A DNA stretch of 64,000 nucleotides, taken from assembly GCF_964355755.1 (NCBI RefSeq), contig NC_092677.1, positions 18,746,101 through 18,810,100 on the forward strand. Direction: 5' to 3'. Made by a program: the position numbers and the translations under genes. The DNA is from Antedon mediterranea. Taxonomy: Eukaryota > Animalia > Echinodermata. Positions 26,444 through 39,581 of this stretch are shown piece by piece. The notes under the pieces are model-generated. The model saw nothing but the letters and a program-made list of their open reading frames with translations, ran no database searches and was not told the DNA's origin. Numbering within the stretch: position 1 is the stretch's first letter; each line of letters starts with the position of its first letter.

Positions 26444-26799
26444 CGCTGAATACATACATACGTTTCTAAGTACTTACACAGTATTTATATTACACTTTAC
26501 AGTGCAGTGGACTAGTAACTGTAGCAGGTAGAGGTACAGATAACTTTTTATTGTCCAAATAAACTGGAAATTGCATTGCTCACTTATACATAAACGGATA
26601 TAAAAATATAGTATACAAATTGAATATAATATCAACAATGAATAATATAATAAAATCTTAAAATTACAGTTCATAAATATTTAAATCAAAAATTAAGAAT
26701 ATTATTACCAACAATTAAAAAGTGTCCCGACCCGTCCGCTGTCGGCGCTGACAAGCCAATCACTCCTATTTCCAATACCTTACATACAGCCCTTCTCCC

Positions 26800-27260
26800 T
26801 TGGTTTTATTCCCACCAACATAAACAATAATCCTAGATTTAAAAAATATCAGATGATTAAAATAACCCTAAAACATTCTTTTTCCTCAAGCAGTAGGTCT
26901 TGTATTTATTTTCTTAATTAATTGATATACATACTCTCATGGTAATTTATTGTCATACCTTACCCCAAGATAATTCCAACCCCAGTTCTTTAAATCTGGA
27001 CAGGCTCAATTTTCCTTTTGTTTTTATGGAAATCTATTTGCATTTTTTGGTTTTTGCTCCATTTAGTTCCAGGAAATTAACATTATAGTATTTCGTAAAC
27101 TTAAATATATCAGTTTTAAAATTTTTTGCTATCGTCATCCTCATTTATTGAACCTAATCGTCTGCAGATTTAATTACTGTACAGTCCGGGAACCTAGATT
27201 GGAAATGCCATGTATACAATGTGAACAGAAACGGTACAATACCTTGTGGTACTTTGATGT
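26800..27260 (-). mobile_element. Decayed non-LTR reverse transcriptase fragment
   Basis: Minus strand reads KVPQGIVPFLFTLYT, then K-x-ADD-like and YLGV..DNKL remnants with frameshifts. Confidence 0.55.
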
Positions 27261-28005
27261 TGTACTTTAAACATCTTAAACATCATAAACATTATAAAAG
27301 AGAAAAGTGGGTTAAAACAATTATTTTTAACAACATCCATTGATCAATACGCTTTACGCCATGCGCACTGCGACGCGAAGCATGCAGCTAATTTTGCGAT
27401 AATATCAAAAAGCGGAAGTATGATATCGCGAATCGAACTAAACATGATGGAGTAAATATACAATAAACGACTATCATTATTATTACTTAAATATAGGCAG
27501 AAGAAACAAGAAATGTTATTAAAAACAGACTGAACTGAAAATACTTTACAACAATGCTCCGAAAAAACCTTTTTTAAGTCATCAAAGGAGCACAAAACAA
27601 CCAGTCTAACGAACAGTCGAACCTGTTGAAGAAAACTCAGCCAAGAAAAGCCTGGAGTTTACATACATTGTCCTCTATGTTTGTAACTACTAAATGCAAT
27701 AAAGGCCAGATCCATTTCTTTGACTGATTGAACTGAGAGAAGTCGAGTTAAACGTTATTTACTGTTCGTCTCCACTACATACATATCACCATTTTAAAAT
27801 GGATTCAATAAAAAAATAAAAAAATAAAAATCACATTGGTGTTGAAAAATTGCTTCATTACATCAGTTGATTTTAAAGACACTATTCCTCAGCCTATCCA
27901 TAAACCACACTGCAAATATTTAAAATTTATGTGTGAAGGGAATTAGTTTTAACTGTTAACTATATTGCCAGGCTACAAAATTATTAAAAGTTCACTTATC
28001 ACCTC

Positions 28006-28445
28006 TCAATTCAATTCAATTCAATTAAAACTTTATTATCCCCATGGGGAAACTCTGTTGGCCTTTTCAAAAGTACAGTACATACAAATATAAAATGGAT
28101 ACAGTACATAAAATATAAAATACGATAAAAAAAGCCATACAAAATATACATATAAAATCCTAAAAAGTTGATTTAAAATACTACAAAAAATAAAACTAGC
28201 GCATAAAATACGATTATACGATTATAATCGTATAGCGGCAGGGACGAATGAATTGCCATATCTATTTGTTTTAATTTTTCTTTGAAGGAGTCTGTCACAA
28301 CGTTGACTTTTGTTAAATTTATAGTGCAGAGGATGAGCGTGGTCTTTTAAAATAATTTTCAATTTTTTAATTACTAATTCCTTATATAAAACTTCAGGTT
28401 GAATTTGTTCAGAGCCTACTATTCTACTGCCTTGTTTAACTATTT
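28006..28445 (-). mobile_element. 3' end of Rex1/Babar-like LINE
   Basis: Minus strand reads IVKQGSRIVG...ILKDHAHPLHYKF...KTNRYGNSFVPAAIRL*, followed by AATAAA and an (ATTGA)n tail. Confidence 0.75.
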
Positions 28446-30140
28446 AACAGACAACAAGAGTTGTTAATGTATTGGTATCGAATTCTTATGAACAGGCTAA
28501 AACAGATTTAAACAAGGCCATTAATCTTTTTCAAGATTTAGGGCTCTCGGTTCATCCAAAAAAATTCATTAAAAAATTAACATGCCATGAAATATGACAT
28601 GTAGGCCTATCAATACTTACAAAATCTAATAAAACTGGAATCATAACTAAAAGTTTAAATCATTTATGATTAAAGTTTATATTTAACAGATGGAGAGACC
28701 CACCTAAACGCAACCTTGATGCAGTGTGTGGTAATCACAAGTGGAAACTGGACGACGTAAGCATTGTGTAGTAGACGCAACAGTGCTGCAGTCCATGAAA
28801 TCAAACCACTACAGCTGCTGTGTCTTGGGCAGCGTAGTGTTGACAGGGTAGTCCAGGGAAATTTTTAATCTCAGTAGTGTGTGCTTGCAAAAAATGGTTT
28901 CCAAAGAGAAGGCAGACTTTATATTGTATGTGTGGCAGTTTTCCTGCCAAAACAATAAATCATGTCCAGTGATTTTAAAATGAGATATCACAACAGAGGC
29001 ATGGAAAATAGTGAAACATTAAGTGATATAATTAATCTAGAAAATCTGTAAAAGACAATTCGGGATTGTTTTATAAAGCAGGCCTACACATAACATCATG
29101 CATGCCTACAAGGCAATTTTGTGTCAAAAACCTCCTGTAAATGTTATGTGTATTAAGAAGAAGATTAGAATATTAAGAAGCAAAATGTAATGTTGATTTA
29201 TTGTAGATATGGCAGACATGTAAACATTATTCAAAAGTATTTATATAATGTTTAATGTTTATGTAACAGTAGTAAGTAAAAAATCAGGACAGTGGTGATG
29301 ATGATATCGGACTCAGTGGCGTATCCAGTAGGGGGGCCGGGGGGCCCGGGCCCCCCTGATTTCGTTTCCGTCGGCACATCATCGCGTCCGTCGGCAAACA
29401 AAGGTGCCGGGGAAAAAACTATTTATTCTGACAATAATTGAACTGTAAACATAATTCTTTTGAGTGTTTGTTTATTTACATATCATATCATCATTGATCC
29501 CTTCAGATCAACTATTTTTTATTTTCATTACATCTAACGAAACACGTTAAAAATGTGTAGCACGTACGTACGGCCGTACGCGGTAGATTGTTTACTCAAA
29601 AGTCTTTGACCTTACCCTAAAACCTTGTTTTTGCATGCAGTTGAGCCTCTCATGACCTGAGATTTGTATGTCTTCCTACGCTAAGAGATTATATAGTTCC
29701 ACATGCCATGTGATTTTTTGTCTAAGATATATTTATTATAAGTGCCAAAAACCCGGTTTTTTTTCTCGATATGAGGCCTTTATTATTCAAAATTTTTTAA
29801 GAAAAAGCACATATACCATAAGAAATATCCATGTATTTCATTTTTGGAACAGAATATTCTGTGAAGCTCAACTACAAAACCACCATTTTGTGATATGATG
29901 TCATCGTAAGCCAATCAAAGCTGAGCTTTCTCGCGATTGGCATTGCTAACGGTTGAATGATTTAGGATTCTAGCTGATTTGATTGGTGGATGCGAATCAA
30001 CCGCAGCGGAATGTTTTCTCTCGCGCGTGTACCATGAATCTCTCTGATCGTTACTACACAAAGTTAGAGCAATGAATTTGTCCGAATTCCGTTAAGTAAA
30101 CAACTTTATATATTTTATAAGCATTTATTAACATGTTTTA

Positions 30141-31629
30141 TTAGGTTATATGCATGATATGCATATAACCTCTTGATTCTGTCAAAATCTTTATTTATTT
30201 ATTTATTTATTTATTTATTCTTTCCTTAGCACTATTTGTCCGTGAATTATCTTGGCATCAGTTTCATCTATCTAAGTCAATTTTTCAGAGTATATTCCTT
30301 ATGGCCAGGAATCGATGTGGTTATGTTTTCACGATGCGCAATCAAAAATTACGCGGTCTACGCGCGATTTAACGAAATCACGTTTGTAATCATATCTTCA
30401 CAAACATGAATCACTTTTAAACAAAATTTGGTACTCATAAATTTCAGGTCATATTTCATCATAATGGCAATACAATTACGTGCGTAGCGCATATAACGCA
30501 TGCGTACGCGCGCTTAAAATGTTGAAAATTGTCAGAATTTATTTTCGATGAAATTAGAGTACGTTTCAGGCAATTTTAAGCGTTTAAAAAATTGCCATGA
30601 GTGCGCAGATTTTTGCACGCGCACTGCGCGTCAAACGTTAATGCGCACTCTTTTTGTCCGATTACTGTTGTGTAACCTTTCTTTAATAATATCATCATAT
30701 TTTATTCACTTTTCAACGCGAAACAGCGTTATACGAGCACGTCAAAAGTGACGGGCTACGCACGTGTAAGTTAACAAAATGGTGAAAATATGCTAAATTT
30801 TAAAATTAATATATATCGTTAGAATGCTCGGGAACACATATTTTTTATTTAATTTTCTTGAAGTGTATGTATCTTATGTATGATTTATTATTAAACTAAG
30901 GGAACAAAAGTTGATTAAGCCATAATTAATTGCATATTAAATTAAAAAAAATTCATTTCGACAATCAAACAAATTATGACATTTTCTTAGGCCAAAATAA
31001 CAAACTTAACATTAACTTTCTTCCTTCAAAAGTTCATATATTAAAGTTAAAAGTATATAGTTTGACAGTGCATCATTTTTGTACATTTTTAGAGATGTCA
31101 TCATAGTAAAAAATTATAATTCATTGCGGTATGTAATAATCTATCTGCACCAAAGTGGTTACTGCATAGTAAATACACGGAGGAATTTTTCTACAATTTT
31201 TAGTCAGTTGTGTATGGCTCGGTGGTGTGTGCTCGTGTCTATGGCACTCAAGGTACCGAGATCGAGTCTCACCTTGGGAAACGAAATAAAATTTTTTTTT
31301 TATTGTCCGTATTGTTTGTTCAAATTTATTTCTTAGTGTATATATTATACACATGATTTATAATGAAATCTAGATAAAAAATAACTTATGTCTTTATTAT
31401 TATGTAACAGCAAATGTGGTTTATGACATTATACGCAGAGGGATCTTTGATCGGATTGTGATACCGGCTATTGTATTCGCGTTAGCAAGGTCCTATCATA
31501 TATTATATATTATTTAAAGAATCTGAGAAAATCAATGAATCAAAATATCTTTTAAAAATAAATTATCTTTATTTTAATTATCAATGCATATAACCTATAA
31601 TTCGTCATAGTGACGAATTAAATCTAGTT
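30141..31629 (+). mobile_element. Helentron/HINE-like element copy B (AGGTTATATGCAT subfamily)
   Basis: 5' hairpin AGGTTATATGCAT-GAT-ATGCATATAACCT (30143-30171), (TTTA)n, 3' ATGCATATAACCT (31584-31596), hairpin AATTCGTCA..TGACGAATT, CTAG-TT. Confidence 0.85.
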
Positions 31630-31664
31630 GATATTTCCAATGGTGATATATAAAATAAATTACT

Positions 31665-34600
31665 AACTAGATCTAAACTCGTCACTTGAGGACGAGTTTG
31701 GTTATCCGCCCGCAACAAAACGTATCTTGCGTAATAAAGTACTTCTCAGTTATGACTTTTCCAAAAAAAGTTAGCCTATTCAAAATTAAAACTGCCATTT
31801 CAGTGTAATAACCAATCCTTTTAATCAATTGTTTTCCCGTGATTGGATTCGAACCCGGTACCTCTGATACCAAAGTCGGTTGCACTACACATCGAGCCAT
31901 ATGAGCACCTGCTGAAGAAAATCCGAAGAAAGAGTCCTCGTTCATTTGGTATGTCGTGAACCCCCCTCGATGCAAGTTGATTATTACATAATGAACTTAA
32001 ATCATAATTTTTACTATGATGAAATCTTCACAAATTTTAAACAGTTACATATTATGAGAGTGCATACTTTCTAGTTTTATATATTAACATGTGAAGAAAA
32101 AAGATAAGCGTTATGTTTATTGTTTTGCTCTTTGAATATGTTTATGTTTGTTTGATGATAATTATTTCAAAAATTACATTTAATATGCAAATAATGTAGC
32201 CATCAAACACTTTTTAACATTCAAGACTATAATAAATCACACCTATGATTCATACACTGCAAGAAAATAAAATAAAAAATGGGGGTAACCTTGCATTCTG
32301 ATGAACTGTTTCATTTTTAAAAGTAGACATATTTTGCAACATTTTCACAATTTGTTGATGTTTTCGTGCGCAACCTGTCATGTTTAACGTGCTCGTAGAA
32401 CGCCATTTCAAGTTGAAAAGTGAATAAAATAACGTAAAATTGTTAACCGAAGATTTAAAAACACAAATCGTGTAAAAGAAATGTTCATACGTGTTTCCTG
32501 CGCCGTGCGCGCGTAAAAATGTGCGCACCAGTGGCAATTTTTTAAACGCTTAAAATGACCTGAATCGTGCTCTAATTTAATCAGAAATTGATTTGAAGCA
32601 TTTTAAAATTTCAAACGCCATTTACGCGCGCACTTTCTAATGTTACAAATTGCGATAGCGTTAAACAAGTTAACTATTGATGTGATGCAAACGTGGCTGA
32701 AAATGACGTTAAAAAATATTCATTTGTTTCGAAGTTATAACCGATTTAAGATTTTCAGAAAATCACGCGTAACTTACGCTACGCGGCTCTGACATCGTCA
32801 AAAAGCTTGGCTGGACAACTTCAGTAAAATGTCTAAATGCTGAACAAGTTACAACATATTATGTTTACACGTTGAAGAGAAACAGCGTGCACAAAATAAG
32901 AAGAGTAAAATATTTCAAACGCAATTTACGTGAAAACTTTCTAATCTCCAAAAATTTGTTAAACATTCCAAAAGTTAGCCATTGATGTGAAGAAAACGTG
33001 GCTGAAAATTTCGTTAAAAAATATTTATCGGTTTCGAAGTTATGACCGATTTAAGATTTTCAGAAAATCGCGCGTAACTTACGCTACGCGGATCTGACAT
33101 TGTCAAAAAGCTTGGCAGTACATCTTCAACTAAATGTCTATATGTTGACGAAGTTACAACATGTTATGTTAACACGTTGAAGAGAAAACGCGTGCACAAA
33201 ATCCGAGAAAGAAAGAAGAATAAAACTAGAACTTAAACTCGTCACTTGAGGACGAGTTTGGTTATCCGCCAGCAACAAAGCGTATCTTGCGTATTCAAGT
33301 ACTTCCACGTTATGACTTTTCCAAAAAAAGTAGGCTATTCAAAATTAAAACTGCCCTCTCAGTGTAATAACCAACTAAACCCTTTTAATTAATTGTTTTC
33401 CCGTGACGGGACTCGAACCCGGTACCTCTGATACCAAAGTCGGTTGCATTACACATCGAGCCATATGACCACCTGCTGACGAAAATCCGAAGAAAGAGTC
33501 CTCGTTCATTCGGTATGTCGTGAACCCCCTCGATGCAAGTTGATTATTACATATCAAACTTAAATCATAAATTTTACTATGATGAAATCTTCAAAAATTT
33601 TAAACGCTGATATTTTATGAAAGTACATACTTTCAAGTTTTATATATTAACATGTAAAGAAAAAAGATAAATGTTATGTTTATTGTTTTGCTCTTTGAAT
33701 AAGTTTATGTTTGTTTGATGATAAATATTTCAAAAATTATATTTAATATGCAAATAATGTAGCCATCAAACACGTTTTAGCATTCAACACTATAATAAAT
33801 CAGACCTATGATTCATACACTGCAAGAAATTAAAATAAAAAATGGGGGTAACCTTGCATTCTGATGAACTGTGTCATTTTTAAAAGTAGACATATTTTGG
33901 AACATTTTCACAATTTGTTGACGTTTTCGTGCGCAACCTGTCATGTTTAACGTGCTCGTAGAACGCCATTTCAAGTTGAAAAGTGAATAAAATAACGTAA
34001 AATTGTTAACAGAAGATTTAAAAACACAAATCGTGTAAAAGAAATGCTCATACCTGTTCCCTGCGCCGTGCGCGCGTAAAAATGTGCGCACCAGTGGCAA
34101 TTTTTTAAACGCTTAAAATGACCTGAATCGTTCTCTAATTTAATCAGAAATTGATTTGAAGCATTTTAAAATTTCAAACGCCATTTACGCGCGCACTTTC
34201 TAATGTTACAAATTGCGATAGCGTTAAAAAAGTTAACTATTGATGTGAAGCAAACGTGGCTGAAAATGACGTTAAAAAATATTCATTTGTTTCGAAGTTA
34301 TAACCAATTTAAGATTTTCAGAAAATCACGCGTAACTTACGCTACGCGGCTCTGACATCGTCAAAAAGCTTGGCTGGACAACTTCAGTAAAATGTCTATA
34401 TGTTGAACAAGTTACAAAATGTTATGTTAACGCGTTACAGAGAAACAGCGTGCACAAATTAGGAGCATTTTAAAATTTCAAACGCAGTTTACGCGCAGAC
34501 TTTCTAGTGTTCAAAAATTTGCTGAAGAGCGAAAAAGTTAGCCATTGATGTGAAGAAAACGTGGCTGAAAATTTCGTTAAAAAATATTTATCGGTTTCGA

Positions 34601-34912
34601 AGTTATGACCGATTTAAGATTTTCAGAAAATCGCGCGTAACTTACGCTACGCGGATCTGACATTGTCAAAAAGCTTCGCAGTACATCTTCAGTTAATTGT
34701 CTATATGTTGACCAAGTTACAAAATGTTATGTTAACACGTTCAAGAGAAAACGCGTACACAAAATCTGAGAAAGAAAGAAGAATAATAAAAAAAAAAAGT
34801 AACACTACAATAACAAAGGTTATCCGCTTGAGGCGGATAACCAAAAAAAAAAAAAAAAAAAAAAAAGTAACACTACAATAACAAAGGTTATCCGCTTGAG
34901 GCGGATAACCAA
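31665..34912 (-). mobile_element. Helentron/HINE-like copy C (body 31665-33223; 5' end displaced to ~34843-34912 by copy D)
   Basis: AACTAG plus AAACTCGTC..GACGAGTTT plus GGTTATCCGC at the left end; matching 5' hairpin at 34886-34910. Confidence 0.8.
33224..34844 (-). mobile_element. Helentron/HINE-like copy D, close paralog of C
   Basis: Same termini; ORF-track pair 32250..32537 / 33813..34100 nearly identical; 5' hairpin at 34818-34842. Confidence 0.85.
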
Positions 34913-34967
34913 TAAAAAAAAGAAACACTACAATTCCAAGAGCTTATCCGCCTTGAGGCGGATAACC

Positions 34968-36503
34968 AACTAGACATGTAACTCGTCACTTTGACGAGTT
35001 TGGTTATCCGCCGCGCAAGTGGTGCAATTAACATTAACATTAAGGAGATAGGTTGAGGACAAAAGGAAGTGTTCACGTTGGCATTATGACCTGAACTGAA
35101 GAATATGATATGTTGTTATTGCTGAATTTTATTATTTAAATTCATATATAGTATACACAGTATAATCTGTATCCATATCACATACAGTGACATACAGTGT
35201 AGAATAGGTGAAATTACGGGACCCGCTATTTATTGCAATTTTTAACATGTTGACGGTTTTAAAATGAAACGCGAAGGTAGCAATTCCGAAAGGAAATTAT
35301 CTCAGCAACAACGTATTAGCGTGTAGAAGAAATTTGAATACGTGAAATATTGATGCGCGCTCTTTTAAATGTAATGAATTATGACGCAAAAGATGAAAAT
35401 ACGACCTTTTTTATTTAACTGGCCATATGATGACGTCACAACATCCGATGGGCAACATTTTTACATAATTTCGTATCTACAATCCAATAGCTTCCAGAAA
35501 AAGTTTTAATCGTGATTATCACATTTTATTCTTACGAGCTATAACAGATTAAGATTTACTGTAAAGATGAAATTGATGCCACACGTGATTTAAATTTTTA
35601 GGCATGATGACGTCAACAAAATTAAAATATTTTTAACTCATGCGAAAGATAGTTGATTGACCTAGACAATATCGAAATCGGGGTGAAAATGGAAAACGAA
35701 TAAGTGGAGATGCGCTCTATTCAATGTGATGAGCTATGACGAAAGATACAAAAATCCTAAATTTTATATTCGCGTGGCCATACGATGACGTCACAATGTC
35801 CGGTTAGCCATATTAATACCTGATCCGATACCTACAACTCATCTACTTCCAGAATATGTCATCCACAAAAAGTTGACCGTCTAGTTTAGAAATTACGACT
35901 GTTTAAAAAAAGGCATATTTTAAACGAATTTTTTAACCTTTTCATAAAAAACGCGCGCAAATTGTCCAATTCGACGTGCTCGTATGACGTATCTTTAAGT
36001 CAAAATTGTTTAAAATTTGGTAAAATTACTAGAAAAGGCTGGAAAAACATAAATCACGCAAAAAAAATACGTTTTCAATGCTACGTGTGCACCGCACACG
36101 TAAAAATGTGCGCACGCGTGGGAATTTTTGACATGCTTAAAACGACATGAAACGCGTAGAAAGTTGATTATAAATTAATTTTGCGCATTTTGAAATTTTA
36201 AATGCGCGTGCGCGCGTAACTTTGTGTAAAACACGCAATTTTTTTTCAACAGAAAGTTAGCGCATGATATAAATTAAACTTTTGCAAAGTTTCACTTTAA
36301 AATGTTTTTTGGTTTTCGACATATGTTAAATACGAGAAAATCGTTAAATCGCGCGTACGTCACGTTGCGCAATTGTAAACATCATGAAAAGCTTCGCTTG
36401 ACGACGTTACATAAATGTCAAAATGTTAACATAGTTAACAAAATGTTATGTTTGCAAGTTTTAGAGAAAAGCGTTACACAAAAATCATACAGAAAGAAAG
36501 AAG
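34968..36503 (-). mobile_element. Helentron/HINE-like copy E
   Basis: AACTAGACATGTAACTCGTCACTTTGACGAGTTTGGTTATCCGCC terminus; body ends in the GAAA tract where copy F begins. Confidence 0.85.
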
Positions 36504-36725
36504 ACTAGACATGTAACTCGTCACTTTGACGAGTTTGGTTATCCGCCGGGCAAGTGGTGCAACATTAACATTAAGGGGATAGGTTGAGGACAAAAGGAAG
36601 TGTTCACGTTGGAATTATGACCTGAACTGAAGAATATGATATGTTGTTATTGCTGAATTTTATTATTTAAATTCATATATAGTATACACAGTATAATCTG
36701 TATCCATATCACATACAGTGTAGAA

Positions 36726-39581
36726 TCTATATATAAACTAGACATGTAACTCGTCACTTTGACGAGTTTGGTTATCCGCCGCGCAAGTGGTGCAACATTA
36801 ACATTAAAGGGATAGGTTGAGGACAAAAGGAAGTGTTCACGTTGCCATTATGACCTGAACTGAAGAATATGATTTAAATCCATATTAGTATACAGAGTAT
36901 AATCTGTATCCATATCACATACAGTGTAGAATAGGTGAAATTACGGGACCGGCTATTTATTGCAATTTTTAACATGTTGACGGTTTTAAAATGAAACGCG
37001 AAGGTAGCAATTCCGAAAGGAAATTATCTCAGCAACAACGTATTTGCGTGTAGAAGAAATTTGAATACGTGAAATATTGATGCGCGCTCTTTTAAATGTA
37101 ATGAATTATGACGCAAAAGATGAAAATACGACCTTTTTTATTTAACTGGCCATATGATAACGTCACAACATCCGATTGGCAACATTTTTACATAATTTCG
37201 TATCTACAATCCAATAGCTTCCAGAAAAAAATTTTAATCGTGATTATCACATTTTATTCTTACGAGCTATAACAGATTAAAATTTACTGTAAAGATGAAA
37301 TTAATGCCACACGTGATTTAAATTTTTAGGCATGATGACGTCAAAAAAATTAAAATATTTTTAACTCATGCGAAAGATACTTGATTGACCTAGACAAAAT
37401 CAAAATCGGGGTGAAAATGGAAAACGGATAAGTGGAGATGCGCTCTATTCAATGTGATGAGCTATGACGAAAGATACAAAAATCCTAAATTTTATATTCG
37501 CATGGCCATACGATGACGTCACAATGTCCGGTTAGCCATATTAATACCTGATCCGATATCTACAACTCATCTACTTCCAGAATATGCCATCCACAAAAAG
37601 TTGACCGTCTAGTTTAGAAATTACGACTGTTTAAAAAAAGGCATATTTTAAACGAATTGTTTAACCTTTTCATAAAAAACGCGCGCAAATTGTCCAATTC
37701 GACGTGCTCGTATGACGTATCTTTAAGTCGAAATTGTTTAAAATTTGGTAAAATTACTAGAAAAGGCTGGAAAAATATAAATCATGCGAAAAAAGTACGT
37801 TTTCAATACTACGTGCGCACCGCACACGTAAAAATGTGCGCACGCGTGGGAATTTTTGACATGCTTAAAACGACATGAAACGCGTAGAAAGTTGATTATA
37901 AATTAATTTTGCGCATTTTGAAATTTTAAATGCGCGTGCGTGCGTAACTTTGTGTAAAACACGCAATTTTTTTTCAACAGAAAGTTAGCGCATGATATAA
38001 ATTAAACTTTTGCAAAGTTTCAAGTTGAAATGTTATTTGGTTGTCGAGCTATGTTAAATACGACAAAATCGTTAAATTGCGCGTAAGTCACGTTGCGCAA
38101 TTGTAAACGTCATGAAAAGCTTCGCTTGACGACGTTACGTAAATGTCAATATGTTAAGATAGTTACCGAAATGTTATGTTTGCGAGTTTTAGAGAAAAGC
38201 GTTACACAAAAATCATACAGAATGATTTCGTACAATCACAAGAGGTTATCCTGCAACTTCGTTGCGGATAACCAATTATGGTTAATTCTGACATAGGCGA
38301 GCACAATGATTCACAATGCAAAAACTTCTCTACAAATCTCCGCCTTGGATACCTACCTTATCTATCCGAGATGTACCGCGAAACGTAGATTTGATAACAT
38401 TAGTGTGCACGCCGACGCTATTGTTCCATATTTATATCTTAGGAAGATATTATAAAGAGTTTTTTAACAACATTTATGATTTCAACATTGGATTTTCCTC
38501 TCAATTTCAATTCTTCCCGGTCAAAGTAATTTCCGGGTTTAAGATAAGTTCACCTTAGTTTCAAATATTTTCTCTCTTTTATACACAAGGGAGCAGTTAA
38601 AATAATAGATTTGACCCTAAAGGTGACTGGAAACAATCAATACAGTGTCCCTTTGGAAGACGAAAAAAAAATTGGCCATTAATCATAGCCATTTCAGTTT
38701 TTTGTTTATTTTAAAACATACCACACGTGTGTGAAGGTACAGTAGTTAAATAATAGGAATTATACTGCAAATTAATAAAGATCAAATTAAATATACGCCA
38801 TAAAGAATCAGAATATATTGTGGGGAATAGTATTATAAAATTACATAGGGAGATTTGATAAGACATTTTTCGAGTGAAATTCCGATAGCTGAGTTTTATT
38901 GAGTAAGCTTGCAGGAATAACTGTAGGCTATCTTCCTGTGTCCCGTTAGGACCGAGATGTCTGCCCATGTTGCAAGCCGTAATGTCTTCTTTCTTGGGCC
39001 CACTCTGTCACGGCAGTTAGTTTCAAAAGATGATTAAATTAAATAATGTATTAATAATTATTAGGATGGTATTCATTTGAATAAACGCCTCTCCAATAAA
39101 ACATCACTTTGAATAATAACACCCCCTCCCCCACAACCCAACTATCTAATAAACGTCCATCCACATATTTATAATAACACAATTATACTATTTGTAGTAG
39201 AATTCACCGCACTGTTATCTGCAATTTACCAAGCATTTGTTATTCTTTTTTACCACTTTTCATATCTATGAGAGGATTTCATTTGATTATAAATGTTACC
39301 ATATTATTAGAACTAAAAAATTTAACATATATCCCTAGAATAAGCACCTCCCTCAAATGACCTCCGCCTCCCTAAAGGGCCCTACCAAACAATAAAAACT
39401 ATACTTTAAAATGTTATTAATCATCTAAAACACTGTGAAACAAAGTAGTTAAGTTTTACGAATGTCAAGCATTTTCAATAATGGTAACCGACAGAAAATG
39501 TATAAGGAGAACATTATCATTCCGAGAACCATCGTCTACACTTCCTAGAGGGGGAGCGAGCGAAGCGAGCTCACCCTCTAG
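36726..39581 (+). mobile_element. Canonical non-autonomous Helitron (about 1.3 kb after removing copy G)
   Basis: Starts TCTATATATA after host A; ends with hairpin CTAGAGGG..GAGCGAGCGAAGCGAGCTC..CCCTCTAG before host T; no TSD. Confidence 0.85.
36736..38275 (-). mobile_element. Helentron/HINE-like copy G, complete, inserted 10 bp into the Helitron
   Basis: AACTAG terminus at 36736; 5' hairpin GGTTATCC..GCGGATAACC at 38244-38273; near-identical to copy E. Confidence 0.87.

Noticed and set aside
28450-28570. DIRS-like RT remnant (NLFQDLGLSVHPKK)
   Set aside because: Too short to support without a profile search.
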